Assembly: GCA_012026655.1 (NCBI GenBank)
Contig: JAAILG010000296.1
Span: forward strand, 1 to 64,000
Length of the DNA: 64,000 bases
Reading direction: 5' to 3'
DNA from: Hydrolagus affinis
Lineage: Eukaryota
Numbering within the stretch: the first letter of the stretch is position 1; each line of letters begins with the position of its first letter. Of the stretch, positions 36,637-49,552 are shown one piece after another. The position numbers and the translations under genes are program-made. The notes beneath the pieces are model-generated. The model worked only from the letters and a program-made list of their open reading frames with translations, had not been told where the DNA came from and made no database searches.

Positions 36637-36665
<29 letters not shown>
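36313..36665 (+). mobile_element. Full-length tRNA-derived SINE with L2-type tail; dominant repeat of the window (dozens of partial copies on both strands)
   Basis: Box A TGGCTCAGTGG 36323-36333, Box B GTTTGAATCC 36383-36392, body CTGTGTGTGGGAAACTGCTGTGCGCAATTGGCTGCC, tail GCGCTATATCAAATGCAAGG(ATT)n. Confidence 0.9.
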
Positions 36666-36668
<3 letters not shown>

Positions 36669-37699
36669 CATCAGGAGGACGTCCCAAGGCACTGGACAGT
36701 CATTGTTTCATTGTACAAGTGATTCCCAGGCAGGTTGAAACCATTGGCAAGTTTTCTTACCCCTCATGCCTGTTTACCTAGTCATAAGTGGGATTCCTCT
36801 GCGCTAAATGAAATACCAGGGTTGCTAACCAAAATATTTTCTATCAATGTGCTCTATTTCTCCTAATCAGAGGACCATTAAACAAAGTCAAGGCCATGAT
36901 ATTTTTCTGCATTTCTGTACCAGATAATCTTTTATGTAACCTCCTTTCCTTCCACTACCTATTTTAAAGCTGTTTCAGAACTATTTACAGTAAAACTACT
37001 GTAAAGTTGAGATTATATCGAGAAGCGTAAAGCGTTTGTTTTGTCAGAGTGTGGAATGACCTGCCTGAAGTAACTGGGATGGGGGTGGGAGGAAGGGAAG
37101 TGAGGTCTCCCTGGAGCTGAACAGGCTCCAAATGACCCTATGGTTATAATAGTAATAACAATAAGTCTTGCAATTGGTATAGAGCATAAATAATGTCTTT
37201 GAGAGAAGTTACATATTAAAGCGTTCTTCACTAAAGAAGTCCCCACTCTGGGCAATAAGATGCAGTGATGTACTATCAGCACTAGATGGCGATCCCCCAC
37301 AAGATTTATAAAACAATAGTCCTTGAGTTTGATTTAGCAACTTATCACATCAATGAGACTTCTCAAAGCTCTTCACAGAATATACTATAAAGTGAATTGA
37401 CTGTATATTTTGTGTGCATTCCGTCTGCTTGTTCAGATGGACGTTAAAGATCCCACTGGACTACTTGAAAAGTGAAGGGAGTTTTGCTTGGTGATTTAAC
37501 CAACAAATCCTCCAATTAAAATTATTTATTTGCTTCATGGTTGTTTCAACCATAAAATATACAGTCAATTATATCAAATGGGATATAATTATATCCTGTG
37601 AAGCACTTTGAGATGCTTAGATGACATGCTTAGGTGTTATAACAAATGTTTGGGTTATTATTATTATTTGCAGTCCTGTATTCCATCAATGGATAGAGC

Positions 37700-38090
37700 A
37701 AATGAGAGGACCCATGTTTGATTCCCAGGCTGGGCAAAACCTAAGGCAACTTTGCTTACTCCAAACACCTCTGTTTACCTAGCAGTACGTAGGAAGCCGG
37801 TCACAAATCGATTAACGGATTGCTTTTCCAAGGGTAATAATCCCTTTAAAAAAATTAATATTAGTATTGTTATAAATAATTATCATTAATATTAATTGGT
37901 TGGTCAACCCACGACTGTTTGTGGAACACTGCTGTGCACCATTGGCTGCCGCATTTCACCCACAAAATGCAGTCACTTTACAGTACAGTATATCTTGTGA
38001 AGTGCTTTGAGATGCCTCGATGACATGATAAGCTGCTATATCAAATGCAAGGATTATTATTCTTATTCTTATTCTTCTTCTTATTATTAT
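37700..38090 (+). mobile_element. Same SINE family, long variant with an extra internal segment (CTCTGTTTACCTAGCAGTA...GGTAATAATCCC)
   Basis: Similar long copies at about 51235-51530 (+), 35085-35420, 39100-39430, 31075-31380 (-). Confidence 0.75.
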
Positions 38091-41000
38091 TATCTCTGAT
38101 TTTCCTGTTGCTTCTACAGTGCCACGTTATCATCTCCTGACATAAAGGCACTATATAAATGTAGATTTGTATAGTATTGTATTGTCAGAGATACTGTCCA
38201 TCGGATACAATATTTGTATATTGAACCAAGGCCTCTTGATACTTGCCTGGGCAGGTGGACATTAAGCATCTCATGGCACCATTGAAAAAGAGAAGGAGTT
38301 TCTTTCTATGGCTCTGACCAACATTCTCTGAGATTAAAAACAACTGCTCACTATGGCTGCTTGCTGGCTGTTGTTGTGCACAGTTCTCTGCTGCATTTGC
38401 CAACAAATTGACATTATAAGGCAATGAAAACTCGTCTCTTGACTGTGGACCTATTGGAGCTGGAAGTCAAGCCAACCAGTGGACATGCTGAAACTGGCCT
38501 CCTCCACACCACAGCAATCCACAATTTGCTGCCACGTTAGAAAGTTAAAGCCATGTCACCTGGTTTATAATCTGGAGAACTGGTGCCGCTGAGCTAAAGT
38601 ACAACAAAGTCACTAATCTCATGCCTGTCAAATGGACAGTTTTGACTTAAATTGAGCCTATACTGGTACAAGCCTTAAATCAACCTCTTATACTGTATTA
38701 TACTTTATTACGCCCACAAACTACGCAGCCAATTTACTTCACAATATATCCCGTGAGATATCGCTTTGAGATGGCTCCAATTGTGATAAGGCAGTGTAAT
38801 GAAAGGATTATTATTGTAATAAAAAACTATAAAAATTTCTGAGTTTAGCTTCTTATGAATAATTTTAAGGAACATTCCCCGGCTAATATATTGCACCCAG
38901 GAGTGAGACACGAGTATGTGTGTTAGCATTTGTGATAGAGCTTCAAAGAAGAAGAAGAATAATCCTTGCATTTGATATATCGCTTTATGACGTCGAGATA
39001 TCTCAAAACACTTCACAAGATATACAGCATATATATATTGTGGGTGAAACAAGAACTTGTCAACCATCCTTATTAATGTCGTAAATTAGAAAAAAGGATC
39101 AAATTAATAATAATCCTCATATTTGATATAACATCTTATCATGTCTTCAAGACGTCTCAAAGCGCTTCCCAGTACATAATGTAAAGTGAATTGACTGTAT
39201 ATTTTGTAGGCGAATCACGGCAGCCAATTGCGCACAGCAGCGTCCCACACACAGTTGTGGATTGATTATCCAAATTATCTATTTATTTATTTATTTTGAA
39301 GGGATAATTATCCCCAGAAAAGCAATCCACCAATTGACTAACAACCAGGCTCCGACTTACTGCTTAGGTAACCAAGCATGTGGAGTAAGGGAAGTTGCTC
39401 AAAGTTTCGTTCTGCTCGGGAATCAAACCTGGAAGCAATAAGAAGATTCACTGTGTAGGGTGCTCTGATAATCAAATGGATCACGATCTGTTTGTCCAAT
39501 CCTGTAGATTCCTATATAGTAATCCATCAAAATAGAACATTTATGTCTTATAGCATAGCTCACCATTTCATGGTTGATTCCTAATTTTCTGCTAAATTAC
39601 AGGATATTTTGAACGTCTATGAAATATGTATCTGTACATTCAGCACTGGGAAAATACTGTAATAATGATAATAACGATAGTAGGACAGTATTTGGTATAG
39701 TGCTGTCAAGTAAGGACGGCAACCCAAAGTGCTTCGAAATGTGGTGACTGCCATCTAGTGCTGATAGTGCATCGCCTTGGGACGTCCTCCTGACGTGAGA
39801 GGTGTTATACAAGTGTAATGTTGTTATTGTTGTTGCACCAGTGAGTTATTTTTATTTGTAGGTAAATATTGCAGCCAACTTGCGGAAAGCAATCTGCCAC
39901 AAACAGCCAAGGAGTGAACAACCAATTTTATCTGGGAGTTTGTTGGGAGAGAAACGACCTTGTAACAGTACCATGAGATCTCAATCAATACACAACTGTT
40001 TGTGGAACACTGCTGTGCGCAATTGGCTGCCGCATTTCACCCACATATATTCAGTCAATTCACTTTACAGCATATCCCGTGAAGCACTTTGAGACGTTTA
40101 TAAGATGTGAAAAGTGCTTCATCAAATGCAAGGATTATTATTATTATTATCTCTAACATCCACTTGAACTGGAGCCTCAGTTTATTGTTGTATCTGAAGG
40201 ACAGCACCTCCACATATACAATGGTCCCGCAGCACTGCATTGGGGTAGAAATGATGACTTCAATCTAATGCACCAACAGAACAGAGTTGATCGGCAAAAT
40301 GGCTTCCTCCTGCTTCTATGCTCCCGAGCATATTTTAGCTCATTTATGTTCAAGAAGAAACTTTAATTTCTCATGGGCCTTGCTTTACTGTCTCCGTACC
40401 TTGAGTTTCAAATGGTTTGTTTATTGTGATTCTGGTTTCGAATGCTCCTCTTGTGCCCCCATCATTACTTTCAGCATCACTGACATTGCTCTGCAAATTC
40501 GGACAAGAATCTCTTTCCAAACACCCACCTCTCTCTGCACTTCACTGCATCATCTCACACATTGTTTTGTTTCTCTTTCATGTTTCCTCTAACCTCCTCA
40601 TTTTAGCCACACAATCCAGTTGTGAGGCTGAGGTTTTGATAACAGCTTCCTGCCTTTCAGTACCATCTACCAGCTCGTTGTGCAAAGCACTTTGACACGT
40701 CCTCCCGAGGTATAAGGCGCTAGATCAATGTTGAATGGCACTGTAAATTGGATTGTAATGACAGTAAACACAGGGAAGCACTTTGAGACATCCTCATGAC
40801 ATGAAACGTGCCGTATATATCCTTGAATATCCTTGAGTCCACAAATATAAGGATTATTCTTCATATTCAACTGATACAGCCTCAATCATGGTTGTGATAT
40901 TGAATTACACTCTCTAGCTACTTACTGGGTGAAGAAATCTATTGTATTCTCGCTCTCTCTCCATGTCCTAATGTTCTAAAATAAAATACTGGTCCTCCTG

Positions 41001-42528
41001 ATGTGAAAGGCACTATGCAAAATGCATGGATTATTATCATTATTTATTATTACTAATAAGGCTCTCGATGACATGATAAACCACTATATCAAAGGCAAGG
41101 GTTATTATTAGTTGAGGATTAATGTGAATCTAACAAGTTGAAGGAGTCAGCCTGTGCGTGTTCTAATGAACTAACAGAGTGCGTGATGGAATTTCATTTT
41201 TTCTTACAATTTGCACACAGATATTTACTGACAAATAGCAAGAAGACATGAGAGGATATCGGGCCACTTGTCATCTGTACTATCTATGGCTGAAGGGCTG
41301 CCTTTCAAAGGCATCAGGCACCATCACTGTGGCACCTCCGATCACCCCACTGCTCTGATGTTGGACATGACCACATGAACGAAAAGGACATTAGTGAGGA
41401 ACTAGGGTTGTGAGATGAAGGCTTCCTCTGCGCTGACTGATGTCTCTTCACAGAGTGTGGTCAGACAGCACGATCATTGCCACATCTGTACTTCCTGTTT
41501 ATTTTTGTTTGTTTCGTTCGTTCGTTCTCTCTCTCTACTGCAATATTTGGGTTTTTAAGCTGAATGAGTTGATCAACTGGAAGTTATCAGCACTCACATG
41601 AATAATGTCCATCTGAGTATTTTAATTTTTGGTAATTTGGTAATTTGGTAAATTGGTAATTTTATTTTAATTGTTGGTAATATATGTTATACACATTGAA
41701 CCAAAAGTCCTTACTCATAGGTCTATATGAGATGTTCACACTCCATGCCCATGTACACATATACATTTTTTTGTTTGCTGTGTGCAAATTGGCTGCTGCG
41801 TTTTGCCCACAAAATACACAGTCACACTTTACATTTTATCTTGTGAAGCGCTTTGAGACATCTCAACCAAGAAGGTAAAGCACAATTTCAAAAGCAAGGA
41901 TTATTTTGTTATTTTACATGGACAAAGTGTATCACATTACACATTATTACACATTTCAGCTCAGTGACAAATACTTTCACGAACTTGGTGAAAGATGTCC
42001 CCTGTAACAACTGCACACTCTCTACAAATGTTGTCTTAAAATAACATAATTAAGAATCTATTAGGGAGGGCTTCTGATTGACGCTGCATATCTCTAATTA
42101 AAATAAAATCTCCCTTGCCCTGTGTAACAGGTGTCACGTGTTGTTGTAGACTTTGACCTTTATGTGGTGGGGAAGGTGGGGGTTTCTGGTGAGACAGAGC
42201 TCAGTGAGGGGGTGCGGGAGGTCTCGCCCTGACAGGTCTGCAATGGAAACCCCGGAACATCCCAATCGCTGACACAAAGCGAGAGAAGCCTAAGAAAACA
42301 ATGAGTGGGCCAAGGTAGTTTCCCTATCACAACAGATCCCATTACAATAGGACTAGAAAAACAAATTTCAAGTGATCTTTGTTTTATTCTTCTATTCAAT
42401 GGAGAATTAATCAATACAGTTGTGGATTCCGCTCACGCAAACAGGTCTCTGTGCAGATGCAATGTTCTCTGGTTGAACAGGAAAGATAGTAAAAACCGAG
42501 CAACCGACTGGGAAGTACAGTGGTAAAC

Positions 42529-42680
42529 TGGCTCAGTTGGTATCACGCTCGCCTCTGAGTCAGATGGTTGCGGGTTCAAGCCCCAAATTGGGACTTGGAA
42601 TACATAATCTAACATGACACTCTTATGCAGTGCTGGGGTGTGTGCTAGATTGTCAGAAGCCGCCCTTCAGATGAAATCTT
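42529..42680 (+). mobile_element. tRNA-like head of the older Deu-domain SINE
   Basis: GGCTCAGTTGGT...CTCTGAGTCAGA...GGGTTCAAGCCC followed by ATAATCTAACATGACAC...GCAGTGCTG; lacks a paired acceptor stem. Confidence 0.6.
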
Positions 42681-45600
42681 AAACTTCCGCTGTCGCCTCC
42701 CTTCCCCCCCCCCCACCCCATCCCCCCACCACCTCACACACACACTCACTGTGCATCCTGGCTGAAGCTTCCACTGATGAGTTGCACAGTTTTGTTGTAA
42801 GAGAAGACCGTGCTCTCACCAGACAGCTACAGGATCTTTGAGAAGCCGCTGAGGTCAGTCAATTAACCTCTGCTTAGCCTGGCTCTGTGTCAGCCTGGCT
42901 CGATGATTGCACCCTCACCTCGGAGTCAAAAGGTGGTGGGTTTAAGCCACATGTTAGAACTTGGAGCTCATACTGTCAAAGTTGACACTGCAATGTAGTA
43001 TTCCGTTGTCACACGTGCCAACCAGTGGATAAGATGTTAAATTGAGGTCCCATCTGCATGTTCAGGTGGACCTTAAAGATCCCATGGCGCGATTCAAATT
43101 GAGAGGGAGATCCTCTCTCCCAATATTCTGCCCAACAATCCTCCAAGTAAAATTGCTCATTTTTGCTGCATTTGTTTCCAAAAATACATTTTCACAATTT
43201 ACAATAAATCCTGTGGAATGCTTTGAGATGTCCTCTTGATGTGAAAGGCATTATACCAAACGCAAGTATTATTAAGTAATTTATTATAATAATATAGAAA
43301 TAATCCTTCCTCCCTACCCATTAGGGCTTTGGCTTGTAGGGTTAACAGGAGCTGAGTAGTAATTGTCCAAAACCATAAATATCTAATAATAATCCTTGCA
43401 TTTGCTATAGCACTTTTCATGTCTTCTAGACATCTCAAAGCGCTTCACAGAATATACTGTAAAGTTAATTCACTGTGTATTTGTAGGTGAAATGCAGCAG
43501 CCAATTGCGCACCGCAGGTCCCACAAACAGTCATGTATTAAAATGACCATTTTCTTTTTCATTTTTTTAAAGGAATTATTACGCTCGGAAAAGCCATCCA
43601 CTAAATCAGGATCTAATTCTCTCTCCCAAAAGGCCATGGATGCTGGATCCACACTTTCAAGAGTGAGGCTGATAGATTTTTGGTAGGTCAGGGTATTAAG
43701 GGATATGGGGAGAAAGCGGGAAATTGGAATTGAAAGGATTACTCGAGGTATAGATCAGCCATGATCTAATTAAATGGTGGAACAGGCTCGAAGGGCTGAA
43801 TGGCCTACTCCTGTTCCTATTTTCTAACAACTGGGTTCCTACTTACTGCTGGGTAAACAGAGGCACGTGAAGTCAGGATACTTGCCCAACATTTCTCCCT
43901 GCTGGCAATCAAACCCAGCTCTCTCGCTTGTGAGCCGAGTGCTCTAACCATTGAGCCATAGGATACCCTCACTAACAAAAATCTATCGACTCCAGTCTTG
44001 AAAATTTTAACTGATCCAGTTAAATGAGGGAGAGCGTTCCACTACCCTTTGTTTGAAAAAATGATTCAGGAGATGAATAACCAATTTAACCGGAAGTTAA
44101 TTTGCCAACAGACAGAGGTTATCTGTTATGTACACTGCTGTTGGTTCTTTAGCATCAAACTTAATGGGCAAATGGGCCCCTAGTATAACGTTTCACCCAA
44201 ATAATTGCACTTCATCATTAAAGCGCTCCCCCAATGCTGCGTTGTAGAGCCAGCCTAGACCTCAAAGTCCACAATGTGGATCTTGAACCCACAACCTTCT
44301 GGTATCAGCTGGGCTGGTCCCTTCAATCATTGCATCAAAGCAAAACAATATGACCATGTGCCAACATTAACAGAAATATTGTGATGATGCACATTAAAAA
44401 AAATTTGCCCAGAGTCAATCCACATTACAGTATATCTAGTGAAGCATTAGAGATGTCTCAATGACGTGATATATCAAATGCAAGAATTATTACTATTAAC
44501 AATAAATACAGTATTGCTATTTTATTGTTTAGTTTAGGATTCTCATTTGAGATTAATGGCGAATTATTTTTACTTGAACAAAAGTGGATTCTTTCAAGAA
44601 CAAATTTCTCTTAGGAAATAATAATTTGGGATACAGTATATAGTTTGGGGCATGACATGAGCACGTGAGTACAGTACAATACAGTACAGTACAGTACTAG
44701 GCTGGTGGAATGCAAACTGGATAGACCTGGGTCGTCTTTTGCCTAGCAAACCCTTCTGTTCGTATGTTCTTAAACTGCATTAAATCGCTTTGAAATTCTG
44801 AACTTCTAAGAACATGTAACTCTAATGGGTGCATGCAATCTGCCACACTGTGCACTACATAGCATTAACCACAATAAACCCTCAGGAGCCACAGAAAAGA
44901 TCCAGGTGCAGTATAGAGCAGACAGATGTTTTTTTTGTAGCACCTGTTATTCTGTGCCACCAAGAGAATAGCAAACTATCGTGCCTTTTTAAACAATAAT
45001 TCAGTAATACTTGAAACTTCAGCAACAACAATACAACAAATTATATGTGTCTAGCACCTTTCATGTCAGGAGGATATCTCAAGGGAAGTCAAGGATCTGG
45101 ACGCTAGTTGGGTGCTGGGAACAGTAGGGGTGGAGGGCAGGGGTGGTAGTGGTAGATGGATGACTGGAAGGCTCGATCAAAGAGGAAGGTCTTAAAATGT
45201 CCACTGAAGGAGACAATGGAGGGGAGAAGGTGAAGAGACTGTGGGATAGAATTTAAGAGAGTGGAGGCAGAGAGACTGAAGGCCTGACCACTAATGTGGG
45301 ATATATGAAGCAGACTGCTGAGTGGAGGGAACAGCCACATCTGTATGGAGTTGGCTGGTTACAGAGGTTGGAAGGAACATGGTCATGGATAGCTTTGAAG
45401 GTGAGGATGAAGATTCTGAACTCTGTCCTCTAAAGGATGGGGAGCCAGTGGAACTGGACGATGATGGGGTGATAGGGTCAAGATAATTTCAGCATACTCT
45501 GTGCTATAAAAGTGTCATTTTGTTGTTGTTGTTGTTGTAAACTAAATACATTTCAAGGACAATTGCCGTATTGGGTGGGTATGGAGTGGGCGGGGACGGG

Positions 45601-48029
45601 GGTGGGGGGAAGGGTTGGTAGAAGATAAAATATTCCTCATTGCATCTTGCTAGCAATTGCACCTAGCTATTAACTGTAAGCTTAACCTCAGGTGCGTGTG
45701 GTTAGCCTCTGTGGTCCCTTTGTGTCACGTGTAAAAGTATTGTATTAGAGAAAAGAATTGTTAAGAAAATGCGGTAGAGATTCTACCTATTTGAGTCACC
45801 TGTTCAGAAATCACTAATATGTGACCTGAAGAATAAAATTATTCGCCCTCTTCCATTTTGTGGGACATTGGAGGTTTTAACTATTAAAGGTTTCTGCTGG
45901 GGTTCATTAAAAATTTGGTCGCTCGGGTCCTCATTCTCACTACACTTCACAAACCAATCATTCCATCCTCACTAGTTTCCACTTGTGGATTCCCGTTTGG
46001 CAGTGGTTAGTGCGCTCGCCTTGCAGGTCAAAGGCCCCCTGGGTTTGATTCCCTGGCAGGGCAAAACCTTTGGCAAGTTTCCTTACTACACATATCTCTC
46101 TCTGGACGGATTAGTCGATTGGCGGAATGCTTTCTGGGAGGCAATATTCCCTTCAAAAATAGATCGATTTGTTCGCTCTATCCAGGACTGTCGGACACTG
46201 CTGCGTGCAATTGGCTGCCACATTTCATCCACAAAATATACCGTCGATTCTCTTTACAGTGTATTCTGTGAAGCAATTTAAGATGTCTCAATGGTGTGAT
46301 TAGGCAAGGTTTATTGTTCTTATCATATTACTGTCTTTCTGTCTATCAGACTTGAAGATCCTCACTCTCACCTACAAATCCCTATGTTTATCACCTTCTA
46401 TAGCCTGACTTCTGCTCACCCACTGCATTTGGCTCCTTGGGACGTCCTCCCAACGTGAAAGGCACTATAGAAATGTAATTTTGTTGTTGTTGGCTAACTC
46501 AGGCCAGCTGTGACTTTACAAATAGGTCATCGACAAAAGCAACTACTTGCATTTATATAACTGCACTTTGCTCAGGGTAGCATCTCGGAGCACTCAGAGA
46601 TACAAAGTACATGTCATTTTCTTGATCAGTATTTTTTACATAGTCATAGAATCTTGCAGCACAGAGTGGGGCCATTCAGCCCATCAAGCCTGTGCTGGTT
46701 CTTTGAAAGACTTATTCATTTAGTCCCACTTCGCTGCTCTTACCCCGTAGCTTTGCAATTTTTTTTTGTATAACCTTACCCTAAAGTACTGTTCTAGGTT
46801 TCCTTTTTCAATCCCCTTTCATCGCGGGAATTTGATGCCAAACTAATTAACACAGCCAGGGCAGGTGTTTAATGGTGTAAGAGGAAGATATGTAGGTTGG
46901 CGATGCTTGAAGCTGAGATCATAGGGGGAACGGCACAAATCATCATCTTCTGATATAGTTTCCAATATGAGTACTGTACTCTTTTAGATCTTATTGGTGG
47001 TGGTAAAATCAGTTTCATTGCAAGATCATTATGTGGTTACCGGGGACCATGCACTGGGTACTTTTATGAGGCTTCCATCCCATTAACCATTGTTACTGAG
47101 ACCTTAGGACTTGTCCTATAAATTTGATTACACACAAGGTGCAGTATTGCTTTACAACAACAATAACAAAATTACATTTGTATAGCGCCTACAGTATTGA
47201 TTAACAGTGGAGAATGACTGTTTGTGGGACACTGTTGTGTGCAAAATGGCTGCCACATTTCGCCCACAAATATACAGTCAATTCACTTTACAATATATTC
47301 TGTAAAGTGCTTTGAGACTTTAGGAAATGTGAAAAATGCTATATCAAATGCAAGGATTATTATTATTATTATTATCTTCTTTCAATCATGTGATGAGCAG
47401 CCCCATGTGAGGGTGTTATATAAATGCGAGATGTTGTTGTTGTTGAACTACGAGCAACAAATAGACAAGCTGAGAGATGATGACTTAGAGGGGAAAACAT
47501 AAATGTTCCTCATGCTCTCTTTTCCACCATTGGTGACTGCTCTTTCAGCCACTTCACCCCCAAACTCTGGAAAACTCTTCCTCTATCCCTTCACCTTGCG
47601 CCTTCTCCATCTTCAGATTGTGCCTGAAGGCCTTCCTCTATGGCCTACAGTCACCTCCCACTCTCCCCCACCCCCCCGCCTCGGCTTGATGTTCTGCCAC
47701 TGTCAAGGGCTCTGGGACACTACCATGCGTGAGAGGAGCTATATAAATGCAAGCTGCTGTTTTACGTTGTGGTAGAGTTCCTACAGTAGAATACAAATTC
47801 AAGACAGCTCAGAATTTTGTAATATTTTGCAATTTATGTGACCCAAAGAATAATTTGTTTGAATTTTTAAATAAAAATTGTGAGAGGAAACAAATGGCTT
47901 CCGAATTAAGATTGTATTTAAGAAATAATCACAATTCTGTGTGGTTTCAAACTTTAAAATGATGGAGGATTTTGGTTCAGACCAGGAAAGATTTCAGAGG
48001 GTCAACTGAGTATCAACCTCTTACAAAAT

Positions 48030-48520
48030 ACAATACAAAATTCCATCTGTATAGCACCTATCATATTGGGAGGACATCCCAACTTACTGGACAGTCAGGG
48101 ATTTTGACCCCATCTGGGGTATTGGGATCAGGGAGGGTGGAGGGCAGGGAAGGTAGGAGGATGGCTGAAGGTGCGGTCAAAGAGGAGGGTCTTGCGACGT
48201 ATCTTTAAGCAGGCAAGAGAGGGAGTGAAGTGAAGGGACTGTGGGATGAAGTTCCAAAGGATGAGTGCAGAGAGGCTGAAGGTTTGACCGCCAATATTGG
48301 GATGGGCAGGGCGGGGGACGTGGAACCTGGAAGGAATGGATAGTTGCTGAGTTAGGGTTTCTGAGGTGAGGCAGGGCAGGGTCGGGCAATGATGTGAAGG
48401 TGGGGGAAGGCAGAGCATGTATGTGAGATAGAAAGGACAGTTGAGGGTCAAACAAAATCCCAAGGTTATTATTTTTTATGCACAAATAAAATGGATGCAC
48501 GCTTGGAATTTCCAGTTTGG
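48030..48520 (-). mobile_element. L2 LINE 3' fragment
   Basis: Same 3' sequence and tail as the 2940-3936 copy; other fragments at about 21040-21310, 24060-24400, 45030-45470, 58430-58630 (-) and 33170-33430, 33690-34030, 50390-50625 (+). Confidence 0.75.
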
Positions 48521-48890
48521 TTTGGATTTTCTTAAGCATAGATAAGGGTTTTGCATGTTTCAAACACCCTGGGGATAGACAAATGTGTTACAGTGAGAGG
48601 CGATGTACAGGGATTGATTTGGACACTAGATCCAAACACAAATCCAATCACTGAAACAAAGGGAAAGTTAAACCGGTGTGAAGTGTCACATAGAAGAATA
48701 GGAATTTCTTGGAAAACAACACACATAAAAATTAACAAAGAAATAATTGCCATTTTGTTTTCATTTAATTTTGAATGTGCAATGGCACTATTCACAAAAT
48801 ATCTGCTTTTGTGAGGATGTCCCAATGTACAGGATATCTACGAAGTCCCTGTTACCCCCCCCTCCACCTGTTTTTTTCTCACAATGAATT

Positions 48891-48896
48891 TTTATT
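48891..48896 (-). terminator. Candidate CD8B polyadenylation signal AATAAA
   Basis: TTTATT on + about 650 nt downstream of the predicted CD8B stop, at the end of a repeat-free stretch. Confidence 0.5.
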
Positions 48897-49542
48897 TTCT
48901 GCTGTGGATGAGTTGATTGTAACAATGTCTGAGACCAGTAGCGTCCTCCACCCTCACTCCATCCATGTTATGAAAGATGTTGCATGGTGACAGATCACGA
49001 TCTGGCATGAAAATGATGGCGCTCACTCACACCGATACTCTGGACATCTGAATACAGTTAAACGCTTGTATTGAATACAATGAAGTACATACTTCTAAAT
49101 ACATTTCTCATAATTCTTCCATATGTTTCAGTTGTTGGTCAGTGCACTGTCAAGAAAAATATGGGGGTAACAGGACTTTGCGAACACCCTATACGCATTA
49201 ACACTATGGTGCAAGCAGCAAGTGGAGTAAGCGAGATCATTGTTATTGACTGAAGAAAAAAGCTGTTGTGGAGGACACGTGTTTTGACAGCCAAAGACAT
49301 TGCATTTACCTGAACAATATCTACAAATGTTGAAATTCCTCTCTAAGCCATGGCTCAAAATGGGTACACTTGAAATTACACTGCGGGAGTCTAGCATTGA
49401 CAGAAACGAGAAAATGTTGCTGGTTTGTTCATGAAGATGTATAAAGTTCTGATGCAACTTTGTTAAAGCATAAAAGGGTCTGAATAACATTCCTCTCTCT
49501 GTCTTCTTCTCTCTTTTCAATCCTCCAAAGCCTGTGGATGCG

Positions 49543-49552
49543 TTAAGCATAC
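49543..49552 (-). CDS. CD8B: CD8B terminal exon coding part, (R)YA*, followed by 3'UTR
   Basis: Strong acceptor TGTTTTTTTTCTATCTATTGCAG (AG 49554-49553); phase fits the CxH exon; only 10 coding nt, so no protein-level support. Confidence 0.6.

Noticed and set aside
42100-42430. Solo LTR
   Set aside because: Has a minus-strand AATAAA and LTR-like composition, but no defined TG...CA ends, TSD or second copy
42529-42600. tRNA gene
   Set aside because: Has A/B boxes but no acceptor-stem pairing and continues into a SINE body; all tRNA-like heads in the window are SINE-derived
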